A DNA stretch of 64,000 nucleotides from Candidatus Eiseniibacteriota bacterium (lineage in GTDB: Bacteria > Eisenbacteria > RBG-16-71-46), in the NCBI GenBank assembly GCA_963776245.1, contig CAVZLN010000008.1, positions 160,001-224,000 of the forward strand. Direction: 5' to 3'. A program made the position numbers and the translations under genes. Shown piece after piece: positions 19,053 through 29,815 of the stretch (within the stretch, counting starts at the first letter, position 1; each line of letters starts with the position of its first letter). Below the pieces are notes generated by a model, which did not search any database, had not been told where the DNA came from, and saw nothing but the letters and a program-made list of their open reading frames with translations.

Positions 19053-20756
19053 TCACGCCACCTCGTCCGCCGCGGGTGCGAGCGCGCCACGGATGCGCCG
19101 GGACTCCTCGCGGCGGCGCGCGAACAGCACGTTGCCGCCGGAATCCGCGAGGATGAGCGCCAGTCCCACGGCCGGCAGGCTGGCGGCGCCGGGGTGGATG
19201 AGATAGCGCGGCTCCCAGCGCGGGTGGAACTTGCTCTTGAACGCGTGGATGCCCTTGAAGCTGTAGAAGCGGTTCACGTGGCGATAGAGGAACGCCAGCG
19301 CGCGCTCGGCGGCGGGGTCGTCCCGGCGCTCGCCCACCCCCGCGAGCGCGCTGAGGCCGAGGTTGAATGTCCCGAACCCCTGTCCGCGCGACCACTCGAA
19401 GAGCTTCACCAGCAGGAAGTCCATGGTGCCGTTCTCCACCCCGGAGCGGAAGCGCATCAGATCGCACGTGCTCTCGAGGCGCTGGTACTCGGGCACCAGG
19501 TTCGCGAACGCGGTGATGCGCCCGCCGGAGCCCACCACCGCCATGACCGGACACTTCCGGATGTAGTCCTCGTCGAACGCGCCGAGCGAGAATCGCATCT
19601 CGGTGCCCTGGACCAGCGTGAGCCATTCGTCGCTCACCTCCCGCAGCTCGCCCATCAGCCCGTACGGGATGGGTGGGGTGAACATCTCGGCGGTGTAGCC
19701 CGCGCGCGTCAGGCGGTTGACCGCGCCGCGCAGAGCCTTGTTCTCACTGCCCTCGAGCGTGAAATCAGCGAGGTCGACCACCGCCTCGTGGCCAATGCAG
19801 GTGACGTCGAGCCCGGCGTCCCGGTACAGGCCGAGATGATCGGGCAGCGTCTGGTAGAAGGCCGGCCGCCAGTCGTTGCGCCCGCAGTACTCGATGAATC
19901 CCCGGATGGCGGCCGCGATGTCGCCGGGCGGACCGATGGGATCGCCGAGGGCGAGTGCCACGCGCCGCTTCACCACGAAGGCCACCATCGAGCCGCCCGT
20001 GTCGAACCAGTAGGACTTGTCCTCGCCCAGCGTGAAGAACGCCAGCGACGAGCGACCGTGCCCCTCCACGATCTCGCGTGCGCGCGCGCGCTCCTCGAGC
20101 GTGGCGACGCGCCGCAACAACACCGGGCGCGCCACCATGAGCAGCCCGTAACCGAGCGTGACCGCGCCCACGGTGTAGATGGAGTCGGCGAACCACGCTC
20201 CGAATCGCGTCACCGGGACCAGCCCGGGGTCCTGGAACTCGGCGAACATGAGCAGGGTCTGCCGGATCGCGGCCCACAGACCGAAGTCGACACTGAACTC
20301 GTGGTCGAGCAGCCAGAAGCCCATCACCCCGTACGCGAGCACGAAGACGAACGCCCCGAGGACGACCAGCAGCCCGCGCAGGACCGAGGGTCGGTCGGAG
20401 CGGGCGTGGAACTCCGGGCGCAGGAAGGCGAGGAACAGCGCCAGCGCCACCGAGACCGCCGCCTCCTCGTAGTCGAGGCCCTTGAGCACGTGGCTGAATG
20501 CCGACACCGTCAGCGCGATCTGGGTGAGCAGCCAGGCCGCCTGCTTGCGGCGCGCGAGCCCGATCGCCAGCAGCAGCAGGGCGAACCCGCTCAGCGCCGC
20601 GGCCAGGTGGAGTCCGTGCCGCACCTCGAGCGGCGACCAGTCCGCGATCTGCGCGACGCGCTCGGGGATGGAGGGCGTGACCGCCGAGCCCACATCGAGG
20701 AGACCCATCAGCGCGGTGAGCAGCGCCGCGACGCGCACCAGCCAGCGCCCGGTCAC
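19053..20756 (-). CDS. mprF: phosphatidylglycerol aminoacyltransferase, MprF C-terminal half (TM region + DUF2156 synthase domain)
   Basis: 'HVLKGLDYEEA', 'DKSYWF', 'ALGDPIG', 'GHEAVVDL..F.L.G', 'DLMR', 'GTMDFL', 'FNLGLSAL', 'FYSFKG...FKSKFHPRWEPRYL'; GTGA overlap with upstream gene. Confidence 0.85.
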   Translation of the reverse strand: MTGRWLVRVAALLTALMGLLDVGSAVTPSIPERVAQIADWSPLEVRHGLHLAAALSGFALLLLAIGLARRKQAAWLLTQIALTVSAFSHVLKGLDYEEAAVSVALALFLAFLRPEFHARSDRPSVLRGLLVVLGAFVFVLAYGVMGFWLLDHEFSVDFGLWAAIRQTLLMFAEFQDPGLVPVTRFGAWFADSIYTVGAVTLGYGLLMVARPVLLRRVATLEERARAREIVEGHGRSSLAFFTLGEDKSYWFDTGGSMVAFVVKRRVALALGDPIGPPGDIAAAIRGFIEYCGRNDWRPAFYQTLPDHLGLYRDAGLDVTCIGHEAVVDLADFTLEGSENKALRGAVNRLTRAGYTAEMFTPPIPYGLMGELREVSDEWLTLVQGTEMRFSLGAFDEDYIRKCPVMAVVGSGGRITAFANLVPEYQRLESTCDLMRFRSGVENGTMDFLLVKLFEWSRGQGFGTFNLGLSALAGVGERRDDPAAERALAFLYRHVNRFYSFKGIHAFKSKFHPRWEPRYLIHPGAASLPAVGLALILADSGGNVLFARRREESRRIRGALAPAADEVA

Positions 20757-21766
20757 GACGCCCGCTCCACGGCCAGTGAGCGCGCCCGGCGCAGCAACAG
20801 GGCGCCGACGCCCAGCGGCAGCCAGAAGGTGAGTCCGCGGAACGCCAGCGTGATGGCGCCGGACGCCCCGGCCGGCATGCCGAGCGAGACGAACACCACG
20901 GCCATGACGCCCTCGACCACACCGATGCCCTGCGGGATCGGCGAGACGATCCACGCCATGATCCCGAACGCGTATCCCGTGACCACGAGCGCGGGCACCA
21001 CCGGCTGGCCGAACGCCACGAACAGCGCCGCGAGACTCGCCGCGTCGAGCACGTGCACGACCAGCGCCACCCCGCAGAGGCGGATCGCGCGACCCGGCGC
21101 CGCGCCGAGCGCGGTGGCGGCCTCGCGCAGCTCGACCGCGGTGTGCTCCGCCCACGCCGCGTCGAGCGGCGGCGGTCGCCGGAGCCAGCCGGCCACCGTG
21201 GCGACCGTCCGCCGCCACGATCCGAGGAGCGCCCGCAGCGCCCGCGGCGCGCTCCCCGCGGCGATCAGCGCCGCGAGCATGACGCCGACGAAGACCACCA
21301 GCACCGCCGTCCCGGCGACGTGCCAGGGAGCCAGCCGATGGTCGCGCGCGAGCCACACCAGGCAGGCGCCGAGGACCATCGCGAGCGTGCCGAAATCGGC
21401 GAGCCAGGTGACGAGCACCCCGGTGGCCGCGCGCGCCGGCGATTGCCCGCGCCGCGCGGCGTCGTCCACGAACAGGGCCACGCCCGCGCCGCCACCGCTC
21501 GGCACCACCACATTGACCACGAACGACGCGAGCAGCGTGACGAACATCCCGCCGAGCCGGCACCCGACACCCACGGCGCGCATCGCCTCGCGATAGAGCC
21601 CGGCGTACGCGAGGTAGTACAGGAGCTGGAGCGCGGCCGCGAGCGCCACCCACGGCCAGCGCCCGGTCCCCAGCGTGCGGACCAGGTCCTCGAGCTCGCG
21701 CCGGTGCGTCGCGACGACGAGCCCGAATCCGGCCAGCAACAGCAGATAGGACCAGCGACGGAGCAT
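20753..21766 (-). CDS. lysylphosphatidylglycerol synthase TM / flippase-like domain protein (UPF0104; MprF N-terminal half)
   Basis: About 8 TMs, 'VNVVVPSGG..G', 'SPIPQGIGVVEG', 'FRGLTFWLPL'. Confidence 0.85.
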   Translation of the reverse strand: MLRRWSYLLLLAGFGLVVATHRRELEDLVRTLGTGRWPWVALAAALQLLYYLAYAGLYREAMRAVGVGCRLGGMFVTLLASFVVNVVVPSGGGAGVALFVDDAARRGQSPARAATGVLVTWLADFGTLAMVLGACLVWLARDHRLAPWHVAGTAVLVVFVGVMLAALIAAGSAPRALRALLGSWRRTVATVAGWLRRPPPLDAAWAEHTAVELREAATALGAAPGRAIRLCGVALVVHVLDAASLAALFVAFGQPVVPALVVTGYAFGIMAWIVSPIPQGIGVVEGVMAVVFVSLGMPAGASGAITLAFRGLTFWLPLGVGALLLRRARSLAVERAS

Positions 21767-21934
21767 CCCACCTCCGCAGCCGACTCTAGGACTTCGGACC
21801 CCGGCCGGCCAGTCGACGCGCCCGACCGCGCACGGCCACGGGTCGAGGTGACGTCCCCCGGCGACCTGAGCTGCGACGCGGAACCCGCGCCCGCGGTGCC
21901 ACGGACATCCCCGGGATCCGTGCCGCCCCGGGCC

Positions 21935-23227
21935 CTACACCCCCGGCATCGCGCGCTTCAGCGGCCGGAGCAGCGCGAACAACACGATCGACATGGTGAG
22001 CGCGCACCCTCCGAGCAGCGCGAAGAAGGTCGAGTGGGGCCACTTGTCCCACAGCACGCCGATCATCGTGAGCTTGTTCCCGATCGCGGTGGCCACGAAC
22101 CAGCCGCCCATCATGATGCCCCGGAAGCGCGTGGGCGCCACCTTCGAGACCAGCGACAGCCCCATCGGCGAGAGCATGAGTTCGCCCAGCGAGATCACGG
22201 CGTACGCGCCGATCAGCCACAGCGGCGACACCTTGCCGGTGTCCCCGCCCGACTTCGCGGCCGCGTACATGATGAAGAAGCACATCGCCGAGAGGAACAT
22301 CCCGATCGCCATCTTGGTGGGCGTCGAGGGCTCCAGCCCCTTCCGGTCGAGCCACCGCCAGAAGAAGATCAGCGGGAAGGTGAGCGAGACGATCCAGAAC
22401 GGGTTGATGGCGTTCGAGATCACCCCCGAGACGTTCCAGTCGGTGTTCTCGTTGGCCCAGTAGGTGAGCGTCGAGCCATTCTGGTGGAACACCATCCAGA
22501 ACACGATGACGATCGCGTAGATGACGATGAGCGCGCCGATGCGGCGCGCGTCCGACACCTCGTCGATGGCGCGCCGCGGCACCGCCGCGCCGCCCGCCGC
22601 GGCCGCGGCGTGCTGGGCCGCCGCGCGATCCACGACGTGGCGCTGGAAGGACCACAGGATCGCCACCGAGATCACCATGCCCGCGGCCGCGAACGCGAAC
22701 GCGTGGCGGAAGCCCCACTGGCGGCTCGCCCACTCCGCCACCAGCGGCGCGAGGAAGGCGCCGATGTTGATGCCCATGTAGAAGACGTTGTAGGCGCGGT
22801 CCTTCAGGTGGCTGCCCTCGTGATAGAGGTTCCCGACCATCGCCGAGACATTGGGCTTGAAGAACCCGTTGCCGACCACCAGGCAGGCCAGCGCCCCGTA
22901 GACCGCGGGGAGCGAGTGCACGGTGAGCAGCAGGTAGCCGACCATGAAGATCACGCCGCCGATCAGCACCGAGCGCTTGTACCCCAGCCCGCGGTCGGCG
23001 ATGAACCCGCCGATGAGCGGGCTGGCGTACACGAACATCAGGTAGTTCGCGTAGAGCCCGGTGGCCTGCGCCGCGGTCCACGAGAAGCCCTCGGGGCTGC
23101 GCAGGTAGAGCGTGAACATCGCCAGCATCGAGTAGAAGCCGAAACGCTCCCACATCTCGGTGGCGAACAGGACGTAGAGGCCTTTCGGATGCTTCTCGGC
23201 CGGGACTGCGGCGGCTGGCGCGCTCAT
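21935..23227 (-). CDS. POT/PTR family di/tripeptide:H+ symporter
   Basis: 'KHPKGLYVLFATEMWERFGFY' (ExxERF), 'GNGFFKPN', 'FYMGINIG', 'ELMLSP.GLS'. Confidence 0.93.
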   Translation of the reverse strand: MSAPAAAVPAEKHPKGLYVLFATEMWERFGFYSMLAMFTLYLRSPEGFSWTAAQATGLYANYLMFVYASPLIGGFIADRGLGYKRSVLIGGVIFMVGYLLLTVHSLPAVYGALACLVVGNGFFKPNVSAMVGNLYHEGSHLKDRAYNVFYMGINIGAFLAPLVAEWASRQWGFRHAFAFAAAGMVISVAILWSFQRHVVDRAAAQHAAAAAGGAAVPRRAIDEVSDARRIGALIVIYAIVIVFWMVFHQNGSTLTYWANENTDWNVSGVISNAINPFWIVSLTFPLIFFWRWLDRKGLEPSTPTKMAIGMFLSAMCFFIMYAAAKSGGDTGKVSPLWLIGAYAVISLGELMLSPMGLSLVSKVAPTRFRGIMMGGWFVATAIGNKLTMIGVLWDKWPHSTFFALLGGCALTMSIVLFALLRPLKRAMPGV

Positions 23228-23289
23228 CGGCTCGTCCTCGGTGGTGGGTGACGGGGGCGCGTGCACTTTACACCACCGTGCCGCACGAA

Positions 23290-24684
23290 TCAGCCCCCGC
23301 GGGCCTCGTCGATGACCACGCGCGCCAGGGTGCGCGAGAGGCGCTGGGCGACGCGGAACACCAGGAACGACGCGACCACGATCAGCCCCGCCACCAGCCC
23401 CCACCACAGCCCGGCCGGGCCGAGGCCGGCCCGGAACGCGAGGGCGAGGCTCACCGGCAACCCGAGCAGCCAGAAGCCGAGCACGTTCACGATCATCGGC
23501 GCGCGCGTGTCCCCGACCCCGCGCAGCACGCCGATCGAGACCACCTGCAGGCCGTCGAACACCTGGAACACGCCGGCGATCGGGATCAGCACCACCGCCA
23601 CGCGCAGCACCGCGGCCTCGCGCGAGTACACGCCCGCGAGCGCGCCGGGCACCAGCAGCAGCACGAGCGCCGAACCGAGCATGAACGCGGCGCCGGTGGC
23701 GAGCGCCGCCACCGCGCCGCGCCGCGCCCCGCCGGGGTCGCCCGCCCCCACCGCCTGACCCACCAGCACCGCCGCCGCGCCCGAGATCCCGAGCGGCACC
23801 ATGAACGTGAGCGAGGCGATGTTGATGGCGATCTGGTGCGCGGCCATCGCCTCGGTCCCGATGCGCCCCATGAGCAGCGCCACCACCGAGAACACGCCCA
23901 TCTCGAGCTGGAACTGCACCCCGATCGGCACGCCCAGCCGCAGCATGCGCGCCAGCGGCCCGGCCTCGAGCGCCGCGCGGCGGAAGCGCCCTAGGTGCGG
24001 CACCAGGTCGCGCCACCCCAGCGCCAGCAGCGTGACCACCATGCTCCAGCGTGCCGCCGAGGTCGCCCAGGCCGCACCGGCCGCGCCCAGCCCCGGCGCC
24101 CCGAGGTGGCCGAAGATGAGCGCCCAGGCGAGCACCAGGTTGAACAGGTTGGCGACCACGATGGTCCACACGATGGGCGCCATGCGGCCCATCGCCTGGA
24201 GGCTCTGGCGCAGCACGATGAAGCCGTAGAACGGCAGCACGCCCGGGATGCACCCGAGCGCGTAGCCGGCCGCGCGCGGCACCACGTCGGCGGGCTGGCC
24301 GAGCCAGACGAACGCCTGCCGCGCCGGCAGGAACCCGAGCGAGGTCACGCCCGCGATCGCGAGCGCCAGCACCAGCCCGCGCTGCATGCCGCGCGCCACG
24401 CCCTCCGGATCGCCGGCGCCGACCGCCTGGGCCACGATCGGGTCGAGCGCGAACAGCGTGCCCATGCCCAGCCCGCAGACGCCGAAGAAGTAGAGATTCC
24501 CGAGCGCGCCCGCCGCCAGGTCCGCGGCCGAGAGATGGCCGAGCAGGATGGAGTCCACCACGCCCATCGCCATCATCCCGACCTGCACCACCACGATCGG
24601 CAGCGCGAGCGCCAGCAGGCGCCGCAGGTCCGCGGCACGCGGGCGGAACGAGGTCGCGGTGGTTCGGGTCTCGGTGGGCGTCAT
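23290..24684 (-). CDS. MATE family efflux transporter (NorM-like)
   Basis: 'LALPIVV.Q......VDS..LGHL', 'LG..GAAWATS', 'AAHQIA.N', 'FQVFDGLQ....GVLRG.GDT'. Confidence 0.92.
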   Translation of the reverse strand: MTPTETRTTATSFRPRAADLRRLLALALPIVVVQVGMMAMGVVDSILLGHLSAADLAAGALGNLYFFGVCGLGMGTLFALDPIVAQAVGAGDPEGVARGMQRGLVLALAIAGVTSLGFLPARQAFVWLGQPADVVPRAAGYALGCIPGVLPFYGFIVLRQSLQAMGRMAPIVWTIVVANLFNLVLAWALIFGHLGAPGLGAAGAAWATSAARWSMVVTLLALGWRDLVPHLGRFRRAALEAGPLARMLRLGVPIGVQFQLEMGVFSVVALLMGRIGTEAMAAHQIAINIASLTFMVPLGISGAAAVLVGQAVGAGDPGGARRGAVAALATGAAFMLGSALVLLLVPGALAGVYSREAAVLRVAVVLIPIAGVFQVFDGLQVVSIGVLRGVGDTRAPMIVNVLGFWLLGLPVSLALAFRAGLGPAGLWWGLVAGLIVVASFLVFRVAQRLSRTLARVVIDEARGG

Positions 24685-24775
24685 CGGGTCCTCGCACCGC
24701 GCCCGCGCCGGAGACGCCGACGCGCGCGACTCGTGCGAGCCGCGCGCGCGTGCGTCGCGCCGGAGCGCGCGGGGG

Positions 24776-25465
24776 CTACTCGGGCTTCATCGAGCCGACC
24801 AGCGCGTCGAAGTCGCCGCGGGCAGCGTCGATCGTCTTCTTGGGACCGGTGAGCTTGAAGAACACCGAGCCCTGCGGCCCGGTGACGATGGCGCCGTGCA
24901 GCGCGTAGCCGGGGCGCGAGCCGGTGGACTGCATCATCGGGCCGCCGGGGGAGAGATAGGTGCCCGCCACCTTCACCAGCGCCACCTTCAGGCCTCTCAC
25001 CTCGCGCGTCGTGCGCTCGGGCGTGGAAGCGCCCTCGAACTGGCCGACCCAGCGCGCGATGTTGGCTTCCACGTCGCCGCCCTGCGAAGCGCCGAAGTAG
25101 AACACCCCGCACTCCCCGCCCTCGGCATCCCCGGGCGCCGCGGGCACCACGTAGGTCGCCACCCGCATCGGCCGGTCGTCCGCGAGCGTCCAGCGCTTCG
25201 GCATCGTCCACTTCACGCCGGCCGCCGCGTCGGGCGCGGTGCTCGGCGGCGCGTCGACGATGGTGCCCGCCATCGGCTCATGACCGGGAGGCATCTGGCC
25301 CGGAGCCATCTGACCGCCCGCCCCGCCGGGGGCGATCATGCCGCGCGTCTCCCCGCCCTGGCCTTCCGGGGCAGCGGCGGCGGGTGCCTGCTTCTTCTGG
25401 CAGCCCGCCAGTGCGAGGGCCGCACACAGGAGGGTCGTGATGGGAACCAGGACGATGCGCTTCAT
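24776..25465 (-). CDS. conserved hypothetical lipoprotein
   Basis: Lipobox 'LAGC'; conserved 'W..P..W......MR.A.Y', 'GG.VEANI.RW.GQF', 'FFKLTGP..T'. Confidence 0.75.
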   Translation of the reverse strand: MKRIVLVPITTLLCAALALAGCQKKQAPAAAAPEGQGGETRGMIAPGGAGGQMAPGQMPPGHEPMAGTIVDAPPSTAPDAAAGVKWTMPKRWTLADDRPMRVATYVVPAAPGDAEGGECGVFYFGASQGGDVEANIARWVGQFEGASTPERTTREVRGLKVALVKVAGTYLSPGGPMMQSTGSRPGYALHGAIVTGPQGSVFFKLTGPKKTIDAARGDFDALVGSMKPE

Positions 25466-25644
25466 GCGAAGGGCTCCTTACGCGGTGACGCGGGGCACGG
25501 CCGCCCCGGCAGGACGTGGACACGAGCGCGGCATCCTAGCATCCCCTGCCCCGGCTCGCACAGTCGGGGACGTCCGGGTCGCGCACCCGAGCCGGCCGCG
25601 CCGGTGGCACGGGCGCCGCGACCGCACGGCCCGGTCGCCGGCCG

Positions 25645-27822
25645 TCACCCCGGAGGGAGCGAGCGCTCGAGCTCTTCGAGGACCGCCTGGAAACGCGCGT
25701 CGCCGCGGATCGAGTCGAGGTTGCTGTCGTTCCGCAGCCATCCGAGCCGGTTCATCCCCGCCCGCACCGAGCGCTCGACGAAGTCCAGCGCCGACTCGGG
25801 CTGGCCCGCGATGGCGTGGATGCACGCCATGTTGTAGAGCAGCATGGCGTCCTCGGGATCCAGCGCCAGCGCGCGCTGGGCCCACTCCATCCCGCGCTCG
25901 CGCTCGCCCAGCGCCACCAGCGCGTTGGCTCCCATGTAGAGCGCGCGGACATCGTCGGGATGGAACGCCAGCCGCTTCTCGGCCACCGCGAGCCCGCTGC
26001 GGCGGGCGGCCTCGGCGCGCTGCGGCTGTCGGAGGTCCTCGTAGATCTGGCCCGCCAGCAGCGGCGACTGGTAGTCCTCGGGGCGCAGCTCGAAGGCCTT
26101 CTCGTAGAGCCGCAGGGCCTTCTCGAGATCGTCCTGCATGAACGCGTCGCGCGCGTAGAAGTAACACGCCTCGAACAGCCGCGGATCGAGTCGCAGCGCG
26201 GCCTCGAACTCGCGCTCGGCGGCCGCGTGGTCACGCGTGAGCGAGAGCGCGAGCCCGAGCGAGACGTGCGCCTGGGCCAGTCCGGGATCGAGCTCGACCG
26301 CCCGGCGTCCGGCCTCGATGGCGGCGGAGCGCATCGCCTCCTGCCCCATCACGTGCATGAAGAGATAGGTGCAGCAGTCGGCCAGCCCGGCATGGGCGAG
26401 GGCGTACCCGGGATCGATCTCGATGGCGTGGGTGAACATCTGGCGCGCGAAGCCCACCCCGCGGCGGCTGTACTGGTAGAAGAACATCCGGCCCCGGAGG
26501 TAGTACTCGTAGGCTTGGACGTCGACGGTGGACACCTTCCCGAGCGCCGCCCGCTGGCTCGGGCTCAGGGTGATCCGCAGCGCCTCCACGATATGGCGCG
26601 CGATTTCCTCCTGGATCGCGAAGATGTCCTTCATCTCGCGGTCGTAGCGCTCCGACCAGAGGCAGTAGCCGGCTTCCACGTCGGTCAGTTCGGCCGCGAT
26701 CCGCAGCTGGCTCCCGACCTTGCGCACGCTGCCCTCGAGCAGGTGCCGCACCCCGAGGCGGCGGCCGATCTCGCGGCTGCCGAGCGGCGCCCCCTTGAAC
26801 TGGAACGAGGAGGTGCGCGAGGCCACGCGCAAGTGCTCCACGCGGGCCAGCGCCGTGATGATCTCCTCGGCGACCCCCTCACAGAAGTAGTCCTGGTCCC
26901 GCGCCTGGCTCATGTCGGTGAACGCGAGCACCGCGATCGAGACGGTCGCCGCGCTCCCGGCGGCGTCGGTCTCGGCGCGGATCCCGGAGAGCATGACGCG
27001 GAGATCCTCGGCCGACTGCAGGCGCAGCGCACGGTCCTTCTCGAGGCAGCGCGCCACCACCTCGTCGAGGCGTCGCGGCAGCTCGGGACGGAGGCGCGAG
27101 GGGGGGACCGGCACGTCGGTCACGATCGCCGCGGCGAGGGCGGCGATGGTCTCGCCCTCGAACGGACGGCGCCCGGTCGCCATCTGGTAGAGCATCACGC
27201 CGAAGGCGAAGATGTCGGAGCGATGGTCCACGCGCTCGGCCCGGATCTGCTCGGGCGACATGTAGTGGAGCGTCCCGGCCAGTTGGTCCTCGCGGTTCCA
27301 GGCCTGGGTGCTCCATGCCGAGCCGGGGCCGACCGGCTCGGGGCGGCGCACCTGGGCGAGGCCGAAATCGAGGATCTTGACCCGCCCGCCGGCGGTGACC
27401 ATCACGTTCGCCGGCTTGAGGTCGCGGTGGACGATGCCCGCCTGGTGCGCGGCCCCCAGCGCGTCGGCCACCGCGATGGCGATCTCGAGGAGCCGGTCGA
27501 TCGCCATGCCCGAGGAGGGGATCAGCTCGCGCAGCGTGCGACCGGCCAGCAGTTCCATGGTGAAGAAGCGGACGTCATCGACCTCCTCGACGGAGTGAAG
27601 GGTCACGATGTTGGGGTGGTTGAGCGCCGCGACCGCCTGCGCTTCGCGCTTGAACATCGCGTGCGTGCCCGGGTCCGGGGCCAGCTCGTCGGAGAGGATC
27701 TTGATGGCGACCTCGCGCCCGAGCCGGGTGTCGAGCGCCTTCCAGACCGTCCCCATCCCGCCGCGGCCGATCATCTCGATCAGCCGGTAGTGCGCGAGTG
27801 ACGCGCCGGGCTCGAGTGACAT
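25645..27822 (-). CDS. Hanks-type Ser/Thr protein kinase with TolB-like and TPR domains
   Basis: 'IGRGGMG.V', 'VAIK', 'HRDLKPAN', 'DFGLA', 'YMSPE'; 'SIAVL.F..MS...QDYFCEG..EEII'; TPR repeats. Confidence 0.95.
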   Translation of the reverse strand: MSLEPGASLAHYRLIEMIGRGGMGTVWKALDTRLGREVAIKILSDELAPDPGTHAMFKREAQAVAALNHPNIVTLHSVEEVDDVRFFTMELLAGRTLRELIPSSGMAIDRLLEIAIAVADALGAAHQAGIVHRDLKPANVMVTAGGRVKILDFGLAQVRRPEPVGPGSAWSTQAWNREDQLAGTLHYMSPEQIRAERVDHRSDIFAFGVMLYQMATGRRPFEGETIAALAAAIVTDVPVPPSRLRPELPRRLDEVVARCLEKDRALRLQSAEDLRVMLSGIRAETDAAGSAATVSIAVLAFTDMSQARDQDYFCEGVAEEIITALARVEHLRVASRTSSFQFKGAPLGSREIGRRLGVRHLLEGSVRKVGSQLRIAAELTDVEAGYCLWSERYDREMKDIFAIQEEIARHIVEALRITLSPSQRAALGKVSTVDVQAYEYYLRGRMFFYQYSRRGVGFARQMFTHAIEIDPGYALAHAGLADCCTYLFMHVMGQEAMRSAAIEAGRRAVELDPGLAQAHVSLGLALSLTRDHAAAEREFEAALRLDPRLFEACYFYARDAFMQDDLEKALRLYEKAFELRPEDYQSPLLAGQIYEDLRQPQRAEAARRSGLAVAEKRLAFHPDDVRALYMGANALVALGERERGMEWAQRALALDPEDAMLLYNMACIHAIAGQPESALDFVERSVRAGMNRLGWLRNDSNLDSIRGDARFQAVLEELERSLPPG

Positions 27823-27973
27823 CCGGGCAGCCTCCGAAGTCCGAGCCGGGGTGGCCCGGAGTGCTGGCGGCAGTCTACACGAACCCGCGGGGCCCGCGCC
27901 CTGACACCCCGGCGCCCTTCCGCTAGACTCCCGGCAACGCGGTCGGTCGCCGCACCTTCCGGCGGAGGTCCTG

Positions 27974-29594
27974 GTGCCCACTCCCAATGATGTCCTCGTC
28001 ACCCGGCTGGTCGGCACGCTGTGGGGCGTGCTCGCGCGCCACGCCGAGCCCGAGGCCGTGCTGGCGACCATCCTCCAGCACGCGGTGGCGGTCACCGGCG
28101 CGACGCGCGGGGTGTTCGTCGAGGTGAGTCCGAAGGGGGAGCTGGCGTTCAACGTGCTCCACAGCTACCGGGCGGACGCCCTGCGGGACGCCGGACACTA
28201 CAGCCGCGCGGTGTTCGCGACCTGCCTGCGCACCGGCGAGGACCTGGTGCTGCGCGACGCCGTGGCCGACATGCCGGCCGACGAGACCCAGACCATCCGC
28301 ATGTACCGGATGGCCGCGGTGCTGTGCATGCCCATCCGGGTCGGCGACCGCATCGCCGCGCTGCTCCATCTCGAGAGCGGACAGGTCGGCTATTTCGACG
28401 ACTCCCACCGGCAGCGGCTGCGCCCGCTCCTCGACCTGGTCACCCCCGTGCTCGAGGCGCTGGCGGCCGGCCGCGCGGTGCTCCAGGAGCGCGACCACCT
28501 CGCCGAGTCGGAGCGGCGTCTACTCGAGGAGGCGGAGGAGAACCGCCGGTTGCTGGCTCGCGACTGGTCCTTCGGTCGCTTCGTCGGACGCAGTCCGGCG
28601 GTGCGCGAGCTCGAGACGCAGGTGCACCAGGCGGCGGCCGCGCCCTACCCGGTCCTGCTGATCGGCGAGACCGGCACCGGCAAGAGCATCCTCGCGCGCA
28701 TCCTCCACGGGGCGAGCCCGCGCGCGAAGCAGCCGTTCGTCACGGTGTTCTGCCCCTCGCTCGAGAAGTCCATGGTCGAGGCCGAGCTGTTCGGCCACCG
28801 CCGCGGCGCGTTCACCGGCGCCGAGGCCGACCGGCCCGGCAAGGTGCAGGCCGCGGAGCGCGGCACGCTCTTCCTCGACGAGATCGGGGACCTGCCGCTG
28901 GAGCTGCAGCCGAAGCTGCTGCGCCTGCTCCAGGAGAAGACCTACGAGCGCCTCGGCGACGCGGAGGAACGGCGCGCCGACGTGCGGGTGATCGCGGCCA
29001 CCAACCACGATCTCGAGCAGGAGGTGCGCGAGGGGCGGTTCCGCCGCGACCTGTTCGAGCGCCTGGACTACGTGCCCGGTGCGCGTGCCTCCTCTGCGCG
29101 AGCGGCTCGAGGACATCCCGGTCATCCTTCGTCACTGCCTCGACCAGACCGAGACCGGGCGCTGGGTCGAGATCGGCGCCGATGCCGCGCGCTACCTCCA
29201 GGCGCTGGACTTCAGCTGGCCCGGGAATGTGCGACACCTCGAACAACTGGCCGCGCGCCTCTCGATCGAGGGTCAGCGCCGCCCCATCGCCGTCGCGGAC
29301 CTCGAGCGCCTCCTGGGCGCGGGAGTGGCGCGGGCCGCGGCGGAGGCGGCGGGCCCGGTGCCGGGCGGCGTGCCCGTCGGCGAGCGAGCGCCCGCGGGCA
29401 AGGGAGCCCGGCCGGATGCCACCCTCGGACTGGAGGCCGGACTGCCCCTGCTGCTCGCGGAGGCCGAGCGATCGTGGCTCGAGGCCGCGTTGCGCCGGCA
29501 CCCCGGCGTGACCCGCGCCGAGCTGGCCGCGAAGCTCAAGATCAGCGAGTCGGCCCTCTACAAGAAGCTCCGCCTCTACGGGCTCGGAGGCTGA
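27974..29594 (+). CDS. GAF-domain sigma54-dependent transcriptional activator (NtrC/FhlA-like) with one +1 frameshift near 29075
   Basis: GAF, Walker A 'GETGTGKS', 'GAFTGA', 'LFLDEIG'. After 'LDYVP' the protein continues in another frame as '[11 protein letters not shown]...WPGNVR' plus C-terminal HTH '[12 protein letters not shown]'. Confidence 0.85.
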
Positions 29595-29638
29595 GGGGCG
29601 AGCGTTCCCGTGGCGCTATCCCTCCCCCGGAGGGCCAA

Positions 29639-29757
29639 GCTGTGTCTGGGAAGCCCGAGTGCAAGGCGGCGAGGAGCGACGAGCGAGGCGTATCGTCAGA
29701 TACTCCGCAGCGAGGAGCGACGAAGCCAACGCCGCAATCGGGCTTCCCAGACACAGC
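29639..29757. repeat. 119-bp MITE/REP-like element with perfect 20-bp terminal inverted repeats
   Basis: GCTGTGTCTGGGAAGCCCGA ... TCGGGCTTCCCAGACACAGC; internal 14-bp direct repeat GCGAGGAGCGACGA at 29669 and 29710. Confidence 0.75.
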
Positions 29758-29758
29758 G

Positions 29759-29790
29759 TGCGGCCACTCCTTTGCCGGGAGTGGCCGCGC
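29759..29790. terminator. GC-rich hairpin between convergent genes (possible terminator)
   Basis: GCGGCCACTCC...GGAGTGGCCGC stem; no strong U-tract. Confidence 0.4.
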
Positions 29791-29815
29791 CCTGGGAGTG
29801 GCCGCGCTCCACCGG

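Noticed and set aside
21935..24697. Apparent 920-aa fusion ORF (likewise 19053-21653, 43044-45731, 57388-59340, 58653-60860, 52959-55031, 54539-57178)
   Set aside because: The N-terminal extensions are out-of-frame overlaps of the neighbouring genes; the true starts lie downstream, with RBS or coupled start/stop codons.
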